Virus record (IMG/VR): IMGVR_UViG_3300045988_180666 | Origin: a virus | Taxonomy: Duplodnaviria; Heunggongvirae; Uroviricota; Caudoviricetes | Length of the DNA stretch: 31,872 nt | Strand: one strand, 5' to 3' | Part shown: positions 1-9,762 of the stretch, one piece after another | How positions within the stretch are numbered: the first letter of the stretch is position 1 | Layout: each line of letters opens with the position of its first letter | Position numbers and translations under genes: made by a program | Notes under the pieces: model-generated | Told to the model about the DNA's origin: nothing | What the model saw: the letters and a program-made list of their open reading frames with translations, nothing else | Database searches by the model: none

Positions 1-1362
1 CCGAAAGACCGCAAGGACCACCATAGTAAGCGTCAGCACCACGAAGGCAGACACGAAAACCGGATGTAGCACCAGACGTATTCCAGAAATAGCTAGTCCA
101 GTAGGTTGACTCGGATGCGCCCGTAGCGGTCGGGAAGTTCTCTAGATGCTCCATCGAGAGCGTCTTGATATAGCCTTCGCCCTTGGTCGGCGAGGTGCTG
201 TAAGCCACCATGCCATCGGTGGAACCTATCGTCCACGTGCCGTAGATGGACGGTGCCACGAGATGGGTCACGGAAGTGTCCTCGTTGCAACGCACCTGCT
301 CGTCATCCATGTGTCGCCACAATAAGCCGAAGCCATTTTTGTAGCCGAAGAAGGATGGTATCTTGGCGGTATAGACCACGGTGCCATCGTCTTTTTTGAC
401 CTCGTAGCTCGCCTCGCCGCAAGCGTCGCCAAGCTCGATGCCAGCCGACATCGGCACGACAGGGCGATAGCCGTTGTAACCACCCCAATCAGGCATCTGT
501 GTCACGCCAGCGCCGAGACCACCCTGGTAGAGACCGTTGGCATCTTTTTGGCTGTTGACGGCATCCTGGTCGTAGTGGGTGCCGAAGATGACCCCGAAGA
601 GCACGGAGATGGCAGAGGTGTGGCGCATGGTGGTGCAGAGCCAGCCTGTGCCGTTTTTGCGGGCAGCAGCACGCCAGTATTCGGTAGTCTGGTTGGTGGC
701 AGCCTTGCCCAGCATGGTGCGGTTGGTGTTATCTAACGTGGAGTCGTTGTTGCCGCCTCGGTAGTTTGTGCCCTCGTTGATGTAGCTCACCAGCTTGCCT
801 GTGCTGCGCTCTAGCGTGGCGAAGCCAGCGGCGGAGATGCTGCCCACAGGTATCTTGTAATTGTACTCGCCTGGTATCGGCGTAGGGCTGACCATCTCGT
901 AATGGAGTCTGCCCACGGTCTTGATGACCATGTACCACTCCTTGCCCCAGCCCCACTGGTAGTGCCCCTCTGAGCCATCGAGCTTGGCTGTCTCGCCGGT
1001 GGCATACTTGTGGTGGTCTTTGGAGTCGAGCTTGCGACGGGAGTGGTCATTCTTGACCAGATAACAGCCCAGACCCAGCTCCGTTGGTAGGGTCTGCAGT
1101 AACTCTAGCGAGCCCACATAAGTGGCGGCTTTAGGGGTTGCATTGTCGAGGTTCCACACTCGACCACACCAAGGATGCTGTCCCATTTGGACGGCGCTTT
1201 TGAGCGACATCTGCTCAGACCTGCCGGATTTTTTGTCGAAGACCTCGACAATCTTGTCAGTGGCGCTCATGTCTGACTGTGGGAGGTCGTCAACCTGTTG
1301 ACCTCCATCGAAAGCGGCTATGATAGCCTTGAGCTTACTCTCTTCTTCTGATGTTAATGCCA
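1..1362 (-). CDS. Phage structural/tail-associated protein. Start ATG at 1362; C-terminus runs off the left edge of the window.
   Basis: Manual translation from the ATG at 1362 (MALTSEEESKLKAIIAAFDGG...) reads open to position 1 with no stop I could find. It is absent from the ORF track because it is edge-truncated. It sits at the end of the tail-gene block. No catalytic motif recognised. Confidence 0.5.
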
Positions 1363-1385
1363 TAATAAAAATTATATTTAATCGA

Positions 1386-2150
1386 TTAAACAATGCGTAA
1401 TTTATCACCAACTTTTCTAAGCTTGCCCGATGCCGACAGGCGAAGGCGAGGCTGGCGCACGGTGATGCTGACCTCTTGCCAGAGCGGTGTGTTGGCGGTG
1501 GGGATGACCCAGAACTTGGTGGTGCCCTCGCCCTTGATGATGAGGTTGCCGCTTGGGTCTGCCACGAGCGAGTCGCCCTCGGCTCGCTGGAAGAGCACGC
1601 TCTGAGGGAGGTAGCTCGGCAGGATCTGCACGGCGATGCGCAGAGCCACCTTGTTGCGTAGGCTTATCTCGGGGAGATAGGTCAGGTTCATGCGAGCTGG
1701 CGCGATGAAGCCTGTGGTTATCTGAGCGGCGAGACCATCCATCTGCGCTATCTTGGCATCGGCTCGCTTGGATGCCGCGTCAGCCTCTGCAGCCTTGGTC
1801 TCTGCCAAGGCTGCCTGTGATGCTGCAGCCTCGCCCTGCTCGCCAGCCGCCTTGGCTGCGCTCTGGGCGAGGTTAGCCGCCTTGTTGGCATCGTCGGCCG
1901 CACCCTGCGCTCTGACGGTCGGTGTCTTGTCGAGCCACAAGCGCCACTTGGCGTTGGTATCTGAAGGAGTCGTCGTGTTGCCATCCTCTAGGGAGGCGAA
2001 GACTCCTGACGATGTGTGAACGATGTCGCCCTCGTCGTAGCCCTTGACGGTCTGGCCATCCTCATCTTGATAGGAGTAGCCCGACTGCCAGGTGCCCTGG
2101 TCGGTGAAGGCGACATTGCCCACGATAATGATGTTTGTGTTATCTGCCAT
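1386..2150 (-). CDS. Ala/Gln-rich coiled-coil virion (tail-associated) protein
   Basis: 254-aa ORF. It has a long AAKAAGEQGEAAASQAALAETKAAEADAASKRADAKIAQ low-complexity helical segment, as seen in fibre/needle-type proteins. It lies in the same operon as the tail fibre. Confidence 0.45.
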   Translation of the reverse strand: MADNTNIIIVGNVAFTDQGTWQSGYSYQDEDGQTVKGYDEGDIVHTSSGVFASLEDGNTTTPSDTNAKWRLWLDKTPTVRAQGAADDANKAANLAQSAAKAAGEQGEAAASQAALAETKAAEADAASKRADAKIAQMDGLAAQITTGFIAPARMNLTYLPEISLRNKVALRIAVQILPSYLPQSVLFQRAEGDSLVADPSGNLIIKGEGTTKFWVIPTANTPLWQEVSITVRQPRLRLSASGKLRKVGDKLRIV

Positions 2151-2156
2151 AATGAT

Positions 2157-2999
2157 TTATACTTTAATGACTAACTTGTTTCTGCGCTTGACAACGTGTT
2201 CAGCGACATGACTGCCGTAGTCGATCATGAGGAGTTTGTTGCGCCGTTGACGGAACGCCGGATACATGGCACCGCCTCGGGCGATGACTCCTGTATCGAC
2301 ATAGGTGTGCTTGGAGAGATCCCACTGCCACCAGTTGCCGTTGTCGCCCATCTTGGGTGGATGGTCGTTGAGCTCCTGGGCTAGGTTGGTCTGCTTCTCG
2401 CTCTCGGTGAGGGCTGTGAGCGTATCATCGATGCGCTTGTTCTCGGCGGTGACACGACCCGCCTCGGCGGCTATGCGAGCATTTTCGGCTGTCGCTCGCT
2501 TGATCTCTGAATCCATGCGAGCTTGCTCTTGGGACTGTCGGGTCTGCTCGGCAGCTTGTCTCTTGGCCTCGTTGCTCTCAATGGCAGCCTTGGAAGAGAG
2601 CGTGGCTTCGGTCGCCTGTTTGGCAGCCTCGGTCTGCGACTTGCTGGCACTGACCGCATCCTCTACCTTTTTGCGTTCGGCGGTGAGGTCAGTTGTCGCC
2701 TTGTTGACGCTAGCCGCCGCATCGTTGGCTTTGCCAGCTGCGGTGTTGGCCTCCTCTGTCGCCTGTTTCGCCTCCTCGATGCGGATATCCACATCTTTAG
2801 TCAAGAGTGACAGCGGTGCGATGACTTGCTTTTGCACACCGTCTTTGCTGTAGAGGGCGGGCATCGTACTGATGCCATCGAGCGAGGTGGCGAGCTCGCA
2901 AGAGAAGATGTTCTTGCTGTGCCGCTGTAGATATTCGTTGAACTTAGGTAAGAGCCGGGCGCATAGCGCCTCGAACTCTGTGTCATTCTCTATGCCCAT
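2157..2999 (-). CDS. Coiled-coil tail-associated protein
   Basis: 280-aa ORF. Central A/E/K/Q-rich heptad-like region (EEAKQATEEANTAAGKANDAAASVNKATTDL...) and a W-rich C-terminus (NGNWWQWDL). Tightly spaced with its neighbours. Confidence 0.45.
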   Translation of the reverse strand: MGIENDTEFEALCARLLPKFNEYLQRHSKNIFSCELATSLDGISTMPALYSKDGVQKQVIAPLSLLTKDVDIRIEEAKQATEEANTAAGKANDAAASVNKATTDLTAERKKVEDAVSASKSQTEAAKQATEATLSSKAAIESNEAKRQAAEQTRQSQEQARMDSEIKRATAENARIAAEAGRVTAENKRIDDTLTALTESEKQTNLAQELNDHPPKMGDNGNWWQWDLSKHTYVDTGVIARGGAMYPAFRQRRNKLLMIDYGSHVAEHVVKRRNKLVIKV

Positions 3000-3002
3000 A
3001 GG

Positions 3003-3299
3003 CTATGATTTTAAGATGTCCTGTTTCCACTCGGCAATCTTGGCGAAGACAGCCCCTGCCTCTTCATCGCTCAGCACGGCAGTGTTGATGCGACATGAGA
3101 GGTTGGTATCCATAAAGCTGATGTATCCAGCACCGCTCTCGGAGGCTGGTGCATCATCTTTGGACTCTGTACGTTTATAGACCTCACCGGAAAAAGAGAC
3201 CTTGTCATCTCGCTTTGTCTTGGTGAACTTGACGAAAACGCCTGTAACAACCTCAATCTCCTGGATGTCGGTTGTCGTAACTGTTGACTCTACCTTCAT
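3003..3299 (-). CDS. Hypothetical virion-module protein
   Basis: 98-aa ORF with a 3-nt gap to the upstream gene. Strand and spacing are consistent with the operon. Confidence 0.4.
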   Translation of the reverse strand: MKVESTVTTTDIQEIEVVTGVFVKFTKTKRDDKVSFSGEVYKRTESKDDAPASESGAGYISFMDTNLSCRINTAVLSDEEAGAVFAKIAEWKQDILKS

Positions 3300-3301
3300 A
3301 A

Positions 3302-3604
3302 TTAATCTTGCTCTATTAGTTTAACAATCTGACAATATACCCCTGGCACCAAGGAAGCCTTGGCGACCTCTTTGATCATGGTTAAGTCTTCGGTCGTACA
3401 CTCGACCTCACTTGGTTTAGTGTGCATCTGCACACTCAGGTTGTAGGCTCTCTTAAGAGACTCATCATCAGCCTTGACGCTGTTATTGCTTCCGTTGAAC
3501 AGATGAAGTCCGAGCACCTCATTCATCATCTGAGGCTGTCCGTTGCTGTCTGTCATCACCCCGCCCCTGTAGTTACGGATGGCGACCTTAAAATTTCTTT
3601 TCAT
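3302..3604 (-). CDS. Hypothetical virion-module protein
   Basis: 100-aa ORF directly downstream of the tail fibre gene. Confidence 0.4.
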   Translation of the reverse strand: MKRNFKVAIRNYRGGVMTDSNGQPQMMNEVLGLHLFNGSNNSVKADDESLKRAYNLSVQMHTKPSEVECTTEDLTMIKEVAKASLVPGVYCQIVKLIEQD

Positions 3605-3622
3605 ATCTGTCTAAGTTTAAAA

Positions 3623-6600
3623 TTAATATGCGTGGTTCAGCTTGCGCGCTGTGTATTTGGTCGTGTAGTCACTCACCTTGTTGCCCATGGTTGAGTTATA
3701 GACCAGCAGGAACGTCGCACTGTCGCCCTGTCCCATCTCTATGTAATCTTTGTTGCCGCAGTTCTCATCGAGAATCAAAGGTAACTCCTCTTTGTTCCAT
3801 GCGTAGGAATCGCTTTTGTCTTTGATCTTGTTGCGCCCATAAATGAAGAAGTTTGTCGTGCCTGGCTCAGCGACCACCGTAAATGTCACGGCGAAGTTGG
3901 TAGATGAGCCACAGCCTAATGCGCTGCGCACCTCAGACAGTGTTGGCAGCGTTATGCCGCTTGACGAGACGTAGCTGTAGATGAGCCAGACGTTATTCTC
4001 AGAAATCTTGGCATAGCCATTATAGATGGTGTTTTTTGTGCTAAGCGCATATCTGCTATACTTATATCCACCTATCCATCCATTGAGTACGCCATTGCCA
4101 GCACCTGTGAAAGCAAAATTATAGGCACCGTTTTTAGCCGAGAGTATGGCTGCGATATTGTAACCAAGCCCCCACCAGTCGCTGCTGTCCTCATTTTCGA
4201 ATCGAGCCACCGCACGCTGTCCTGATGACGCTGGTAGTACGTTGCCACCGATGCCCGCAAAGCATTTATGGGTATCGTTGCGAAATATGATGTATGCATC
4301 ATTGGTAAATGGGTCGTTTGTCAGACCCGTGCCCTGGATAGTGAATCCAGCGATCTTGCCCGCCAATGCCTCCATGGAGCCATCTTTGTTGATTTTGAAA
4401 TTGCTGTTGGCCGTGACCACACCGTTAAGGTTGATTTGGTCTGCCGTGATGGTGGCAGAGGAGATGCCGTTGGCAATCATTGTCTTGATGGTAGCCTCGG
4501 ATAGAATCTTGCCATCGACACCCTCGATTTTTGTAGTCAGCGCATTGTAGTCTGCCGTCACAAGCAAGCCACCTTTGTTTTTGAGCGTGCCATCGGCATT
4601 GAATCGCTCGCTCATCAGGGCGTTGTAGTCAGCGGTGGTGATAAGATAGCTCGTATCTTTGAGCTTGCCATTGGCATCGAAACGAGCAACTGCCGAAGAC
4701 CACGAATCGGCGTTTTGACTGACTAACGATATAGTCGGACCATAATCGTTGCGTATGTCTGAGCCTACGCTGTCGGCGTGTCTCCTGGCTTCGGCAACGG
4801 AACTGTTGAGGGCATTGTAGTTGTCAGACATAGTCCCTTGCAAAGTGTTTTTGGCTGCATTCAGCTCGTCTTTTGTCGCAGCCTTGCCCACCGTGGTATT
4901 GATGCCATTGACCGTTATCTTTAACTCAGCGAGTGCCGCCTTGGTGCCGTTGGCAGTATTGGTGACGCTCTCGACACGTGCAGTGATGCTGTCGATGTCG
5001 GTGTAGATGCCAGAAATTTTCTCGTTTGTGCTATCCTGCCAGGTGTTGATGAGGTCGATGCGACCTGCCTCTATCTCTATTCTTGACGAGAGTGTTGTGT
5101 TGAGTTCGCCGTATCTCTTATCGACATATAGGCGTATTGCCTCTTTCTCAGCGTCCAGCTCGATGCCGAGCTGAGTTGTGGTACCATTGACCTTGTCGAT
5201 GTTTTGTCCCAGCAGCTTGATGTTTTTGGCCGTCTGAAGTATTTGTGTCGAGACGGTCTTGCTCAGGTTGTCGAGCGGCTCGTCGGTGATGGTGAGCAGC
5301 GCGACGTAGATGTCTCCTGTATATCGGAGCACGAAGTCGCCGGTGCCATTCCACTTGCCATTTAGCTCTACCGTCTGCCACTCTGCCGAGTATGGCACGC
5401 TGACGCTCTGGGCTGACAGGTCGTTGGTCTTGCCTTCGACAGCCTTGCAACCCTCGAAGCCAAAGGTGAGGGTGCCAGCAGTCTTGGCGTAGATGCGAGC
5501 ACTTATATATAAGGTGTCTTGCACCTCGGTGTAGTCATCGCCAGTGGTGTTCATGCCATCCTCGCCTTTTTCTGCCGATGGCTGGGTATATTCCTTGTGG
5601 GTACCGGGTTTGCGGATGAGATCATTGGCTTGTTTGATGCCGCTGTCCTGTATGTGCAGCATGTTGCGACCCTCGTTGTTGTCGATGCTCACTCGGTGGT
5701 TGCCACTCACGGTGGCGGCACCATTGACCATGACAGGTAAGCCATTGGCATCGACCCAGAACTGGGACTCGTCTGTATCGTCGATGGTCCAGCCATCAAT
5801 GAGCTGCTCATCGTTATAGCCTATCGCCGTCAGAAACTGACCGTTATGGAGGTAGTTGTTCTCCTCTGTCGCCTCGTAGGAGGTCTGTGCGAAGCGGGTG
5901 GCGAACTGGTTCTGCAGCATCTGTATTTTGGTGTCGATGCTCTCACCTGTGCGGCGGAGCACGAAGTCGCCCGTGGCGTAGAGGTTCTGCAGGAACTCAC
6001 CGAAGCCTGATAGTGCACCGAAGAGTGGATGGGTGATGCCCCGTAAGTTGCCGAGGCGACCTTTGAGCGCATTGTCTGGGTCTGTCTTGAGACCATAGAT
6101 GATGTCCATGTAGGGCGTATCGCTGCCCACAGTCATCATCTGTATGATGCCCTTGCGGTCGGGGTCGGTGAGGTTGTCGACCCTAACAAAAGTGTCTCGC
6201 TTGGTGATGAGCTGCTCTGCGGTGGCACCCTCCATCGATGAGGTGAAGTTCTTGAACTTGACCCATGCTAGCATATCCTCGCCACTGCCCTCGCTGCCCA
6301 CCTCTGTCACGATAAGCTCGTATCGCTTGGTGACATAGTGATTGTTTTCGGTGGAGGGCATGCCATTGTACTGCTGCACCATCACGTAGTCATCCTTGCG
6401 GAATGGGTTGTACATCCTGCCCTCGTGGGTGTCGAGATAGACCCTGCCTGTCTCTGGATCGTAGTGGTCAACCTCTAGCATCGCCGTGAAGATGCGGTTG
6501 TCATTCTCGCCCAAGAGTTGGGAGATAATCATCTCGAAGATGCGCATGGTACCACGCACGATGAGATTATCGAGCTCTAGACCATACCTATTCTCTTGCA

Positions 6601-7102
6601 CCCCGGCAGCGTTGGTCGTGGGGTTGTTGGCGAGTCGCCAGCCCTTGCCATCGAGGAAGCCCGAGACGAAGTCGGGAGAGCCTATGGTATCGTCAAAACG
6701 AGCAGCGCCCTTGACGTGCAGCGCACTGACTGTCGCCAAGCCCCACGCCAGGATCTCTTCGATGCAAAGCTTGTAACCCCCATTCTCTTTTGTGGCGAGG
6801 CAGAAGCCTTTTTGACCAGCCTCGGAGTAGTCATCAGTGGCGATGGAGTGGGCGATGATGTCGCCCTCTTTGGAGAAAGAAAAGAGGTTGCCTATCTTGA
6901 TGCCCTTGAGAAAGGTGATGAGCCCATGGGCTGTATCGTCGTTGATGGCGGAGAGTTTATCGTTGTCAGCAGAGGAAGCATAGTCGAGCAGGGACAGGAA
7001 GGCGTTGCCAATGCGGCTTGCCGTATTGGCGTGCTTGACTCTCTCGTCACGGATGCCCTCGAAAGCCTCTCTGATTTTGTTGATGTCTTTATTTTCTGCC
7101 AT
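3623..7102 (-). CDS. Tail fibre / receptor-binding protein (1159 aa)
   Basis: Longest ORF in the window. It carries tandem TADYNAL repeats (LITTADYNALMSERF...LLVTADYNALTTKIEG), extended coiled-coil segments and a Gly/Asn-rich C-terminal domain. These are typical of phage fibres. A TATCTTTG -7 box lies 15 nt upstream. Confidence 0.6.
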   Translation of the reverse strand: MAENKDINKIREAFEGIRDERVKHANTASRIGNAFLSLLDYASSADNDKLSAINDDTAHGLITFLKGIKIGNLFSFSKEGDIIAHSIATDDYSEAGQKGFCLATKENGGYKLCIEEILAWGLATVSALHVKGAARFDDTIGSPDFVSGFLDGKGWRLANNPTTNAAGVQENRYGLELDNLIVRGTMRIFEMIISQLLGENDNRIFTAMLEVDHYDPETGRVYLDTHEGRMYNPFRKDDYVMVQQYNGMPSTENNHYVTKRYELIVTEVGSEGSGEDMLAWVKFKNFTSSMEGATAEQLITKRDTFVRVDNLTDPDRKGIIQMMTVGSDTPYMDIIYGLKTDPDNALKGRLGNLRGITHPLFGALSGFGEFLQNLYATGDFVLRRTGESIDTKIQMLQNQFATRFAQTSYEATEENNYLHNGQFLTAIGYNDEQLIDGWTIDDTDESQFWVDANGLPVMVNGAATVSGNHRVSIDNNEGRNMLHIQDSGIKQANDLIRKPGTHKEYTQPSAEKGEDGMNTTGDDYTEVQDTLYISARIYAKTAGTLTFGFEGCKAVEGKTNDLSAQSVSVPYSAEWQTVELNGKWNGTGDFVLRYTGDIYVALLTITDEPLDNLSKTVSTQILQTAKNIKLLGQNIDKVNGTTTQLGIELDAEKEAIRLYVDKRYGELNTTLSSRIEIEAGRIDLINTWQDSTNEKISGIYTDIDSITARVESVTNTANGTKAALAELKITVNGINTTVGKAATKDELNAAKNTLQGTMSDNYNALNSSVAEARRHADSVGSDIRNDYGPTISLVSQNADSWSSAVARFDANGKLKDTSYLITTADYNALMSERFNADGTLKNKGGLLVTADYNALTTKIEGVDGKILSEATIKTMIANGISSATITADQINLNGVVTANSNFKINKDGSMEALAGKIAGFTIQGTGLTNDPFTNDAYIIFRNDTHKCFAGIGGNVLPASSGQRAVARFENEDSSDWWGLGYNIAAILSAKNGAYNFAFTGAGNGVLNGWIGGYKYSRYALSTKNTIYNGYAKISENNVWLIYSYVSSSGITLPTLSEVRSALGCGSSTNFAVTFTVVAEPGTTNFFIYGRNKIKDKSDSYAWNKEELPLILDENCGNKDYIEMGQGDSATFLLVYNSTMGNKVSDYTTKYTARKLNHAY

Positions 7103-7154
7103 ATTTTTTATTTTGATGCAAAGATAGGTATGATGAGAACTATATAAAAATACG

Positions 7155-7613
7155 CTAGATCGGTGTGCCGAACATCTGCTTGAAGATGTCTGCCATCAGT
7201 CCCTGGTACTCATCGCCATAGAAGTAGCCCTCCATGTCGTTGAGCTTCATGATGGAGGCGTAGTACTTGCGATTGAACCATGGACGGCGCTGTCGTGGCT
7301 CGCCGAGGTTGTGCTTGGCACGGTACTCAGGGTCGAGGAACTCTAGGTCGCCGGGGTTGCCATGGTAATAGCCATTGCCTGTGCCCGTCTCTTGGTAGAG
7401 ACCGTAGAGCAGGAACTTGTGGGCTATCTGGCGAGAGGAACCGCCAAAGGATGTGGCTTGGACAGAGCTGAAGAGGGCACCGGTATGTCGGATGCGATAG
7501 TGGATGATTTTCTCTTTCCAGATATGCACCATCTCCTCTGCCCATCCTCGCTCGTAGGCGTAGATGTCCTCTTGTGAGACGGGTTGCTTGATGTCATTCG
7601 TTCCATTCCTCAT
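7155..7613 (-). CDS. Hypothetical structural protein
   Basis: 152-aa ORF; overlaps the upstream gene by 20 nt. Confidence 0.45.
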   Translation of the reverse strand: MRNGTNDIKQPVSQEDIYAYERGWAEEMVHIWKEKIIHYRIRHTGALFSSVQATSFGGSSRQIAHKFLLYGLYQETGTGNGYYHGNPGDLEFLDPEYRAKHNLGEPRQRRPWFNRKYYASIMKLNDMEGYFYGDEYQGLMADIFKQMFGTPI

Positions 7614-8124
7614 AATTATACTCCAGGTCTAGTGGCTCGCTCACGTCAAGATGGAACTCGACGCCTGTGAGACCGTTGATGAAATAGGCACCTATCTCTC
7701 GGCTGTCTATCTGGTCGCTGAGGGTGTAGGTGTTATAGTTGTCTTGCCAGTTGTATTTGTCGATGACAATCTTGCTCAGGAACTGTCGGAATATCTTGCG
7801 GCAGGTGTTGAGCTTCTCTTGTCGGTCGTTCATGTCGAACTGTTTGTATCGCATGAGAATCCACACGGTATAGGTCATCACCTTGCGATAGCTGCCATCG
7901 CCGTTGATGGCGACGTTGCCCTCGTTGGTGTCGTCGATGACCACGAAGTTTTTGCTCTTCGCCATATTCTGTAGCATGCCCTCAAACGAGGCAGGGGTGC
8001 TGCAGGTGGTTGGAGTGAAGCCAAGCTCGGAGGTGAGCTTGTTTTGGCGGGTGAGGTCTCTAAAGTAAGAGAAGGCATCGAACCCCACCTGAGTGTCGGG
8101 AGTCTTAACATCTGTACTGATCAT
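7594..8124 (-). CDS. Hypothetical structural protein
   Basis: 176-aa ORF; ATGA overlap with the upstream gene. Confidence 0.45.
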   Translation of the reverse strand: MISTDVKTPDTQVGFDAFSYFRDLTRQNKLTSELGFTPTTCSTPASFEGMLQNMAKSKNFVVIDDTNEGNVAINGDGSYRKVMTYTVWILMRYKQFDMNDRQEKLNTCRKIFRQFLSKIVIDKYNWQDNYNTYTLSDQIDSREIGAYFINGLTGVEFHLDVSEPLDLEYNYEEWNE

Positions 8125-8918
8125 GATTTTTGTTTTAATCGTTTGTCTAACTCGTCAGCCTCGCGAGCCTTGGCATCCAGTTCGGTGAGTGCTCGCCATA
8201 CGTCTGAGTCTCTAATCTGCCCTTCTTTGGTGATGTCGCCGCCCGTGAGGGCACGGATCTGGGCGTTCATCGCCTCTATCATATCGTAGTCGCCATCAGC
8301 TGAAGCTGGCTTGAAGAGGTGTGGAAAACTTGTGGAAAAGTTTTGCTTGACCCACATGAACCACAGGAAGGCACCCATCACCTCGACTGGCGTACACTCG
8401 ATATGTTCGGGTGGGTTGCCCTTGGCATCGAGATAGAGGTAGCGCATCATCTCTCTGAGCGGTGCGTCGCTCGACTGGTCTGACTGCAGAAACTGCTGGA
8501 AGTAGTTGTCGGCGATGAGGTAATGTTGAAATGGGTACTCGTGCAGCTCGATGTCGGCGGCTTGGAAAAGCCCGATATGATCGAGGCGGTTGTCTGCGCC
8601 CTTGCCGTCGAATATGTAGTCGAAGGCTTGGCAGAAGTCTTGCACTTGCCATAGCTGAAGGAAGAAGCGCACAGTCTTGCCACTGTCTAGCTGGGTTTGG
8701 CAGAGCCAGCCGTCTTTTTTCTCGTTGAGCACCTCGATGCCAGCGAAGCGAGCGAAGAGGTAGGTGCGCACCTGCCACTCTTGCCACCCTTGGGTGAGGA
8801 GGTAGAGCACGTAGCGCAGCTGGTCTTGGGTGAGCTCGCCCCAGGAGTGAGGCACGTGGAGGTTGAGCGTGCCGTCAGCCAGCAAAGAAGAAGGTTGTGT
8901 CGTCAGCATTGTTTTCAT
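8121..8918 (-). CDS. Hypothetical structural protein
   Basis: 265-aa ORF in the structural operon. Confidence 0.45.
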   Translation of the reverse strand: MKTMLTTQPSSLLADGTLNLHVPHSWGELTQDQLRYVLYLLTQGWQEWQVRTYLFARFAGIEVLNEKKDGWLCQTQLDSGKTVRFFLQLWQVQDFCQAFDYIFDGKGADNRLDHIGLFQAADIELHEYPFQHYLIADNYFQQFLQSDQSSDAPLREMMRYLYLDAKGNPPEHIECTPVEVMGAFLWFMWVKQNFSTSFPHLFKPASADGDYDMIEAMNAQIRALTGGDITKEGQIRDSDVWRALTELDAKAREADELDKRLKQKS

Positions 8919-9762
8919 AAGCTATATTGTGGCTAGCCTTGTAGGCGGTGGAATCTCTATATTTGGCGAAGTCATCGATGTTATCGTCTATGAGGGAGAG
9001 TAGGCTGAAGAAGAGTTTGTCTCTCGCCCTGAGGTCGATGGAATCGCCGTTTTTTGTGATATGGCACCCGATGAAATCGTAGATGCGCATGATGGCGACC
9101 CGATGGGAGGTGGTCGGGAACTGAGCCTTGCGCTCCTCTTCGAGCAACTGGTCTATCTGTGCATCGGAGAGCTCTCGGCGCAGGAAGGTCTCGGCTTGGT
9201 CTATCTCGCCCTTGTGCGCCACGAGGTCATCGAAGGTAAGCTTGCCGGGGATGCCGCAGAACTTGTTGAGGATGTATGGCGACCAAATGAAGGAGCGGAT
9301 GGTGTTGAAGGCTTGCAAGCTGTCAGCCCAGCCCTCGACCTGTCGCAATCGGTTGATGACGTTGTGCTGGGCGTAGTCTCGCCTGTAGGCAAGCTCGTGC
9401 TCCATGGCATCGACACGAGCCTGTGAGGCTGGGGCGATGTTGTCGTTGGAGACCACCCCGAAGCCGTTGTCGGTCATGATGATGTCGTGGGAGTGGAGAC
9501 TATCGAGGAAGGTGGCCAGTATGACATAGTCTCTGGCGTAGCGCTGCAGGGGCGAGTCTTCGGTCGAGACCGCTTGCTCGGCATCTGCGCCCACGACGGT
9601 GGCGATAAGATCGTCAAAATGGTTCTCGAAGGATGGCTGCATCTTGGTGAAGACATCCTCGGAGGCTGCCGCCACGAATGGCAGCAGCTGCTCGAACTGG
9701 TTTATATCAATCTGTATCATCTTGTTGCTTTGATTTTTGGTTGTTGGAAACTTGCTTGGCAT
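8875..9762 (-). CDS. Hypothetical structural protein. An alternative start (MIQIDINQF at 9720) would reduce the overlap with the upstream gene.
   Basis: 295-aa ORF. Starting at 9762 gives a 56-nt overlap with the upstream gene; the ATG at 9720 gives 14 nt. Confidence 0.4.
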   Translation of the reverse strand: MPSKFPTTKNQSNKMIQIDINQFEQLLPFVAAASEDVFTKMQPSFENHFDDLIATVVGADAEQAVSTEDSPLQRYARDYVILATFLDSLHSHDIIMTDNGFGVVSNDNIAPASQARVDAMEHELAYRRDYAQHNVINRLRQVEGWADSLQAFNTIRSFIWSPYILNKFCGIPGKLTFDDLVAHKGEIDQAETFLRRELSDAQIDQLLEEERKAQFPTTSHRVAIMRIYDFIGCHITKNGDSIDLRARDKLFFSLLSLIDDNIDDFAKYRDSTAYKASHNIAYENNADDTTFFFAG

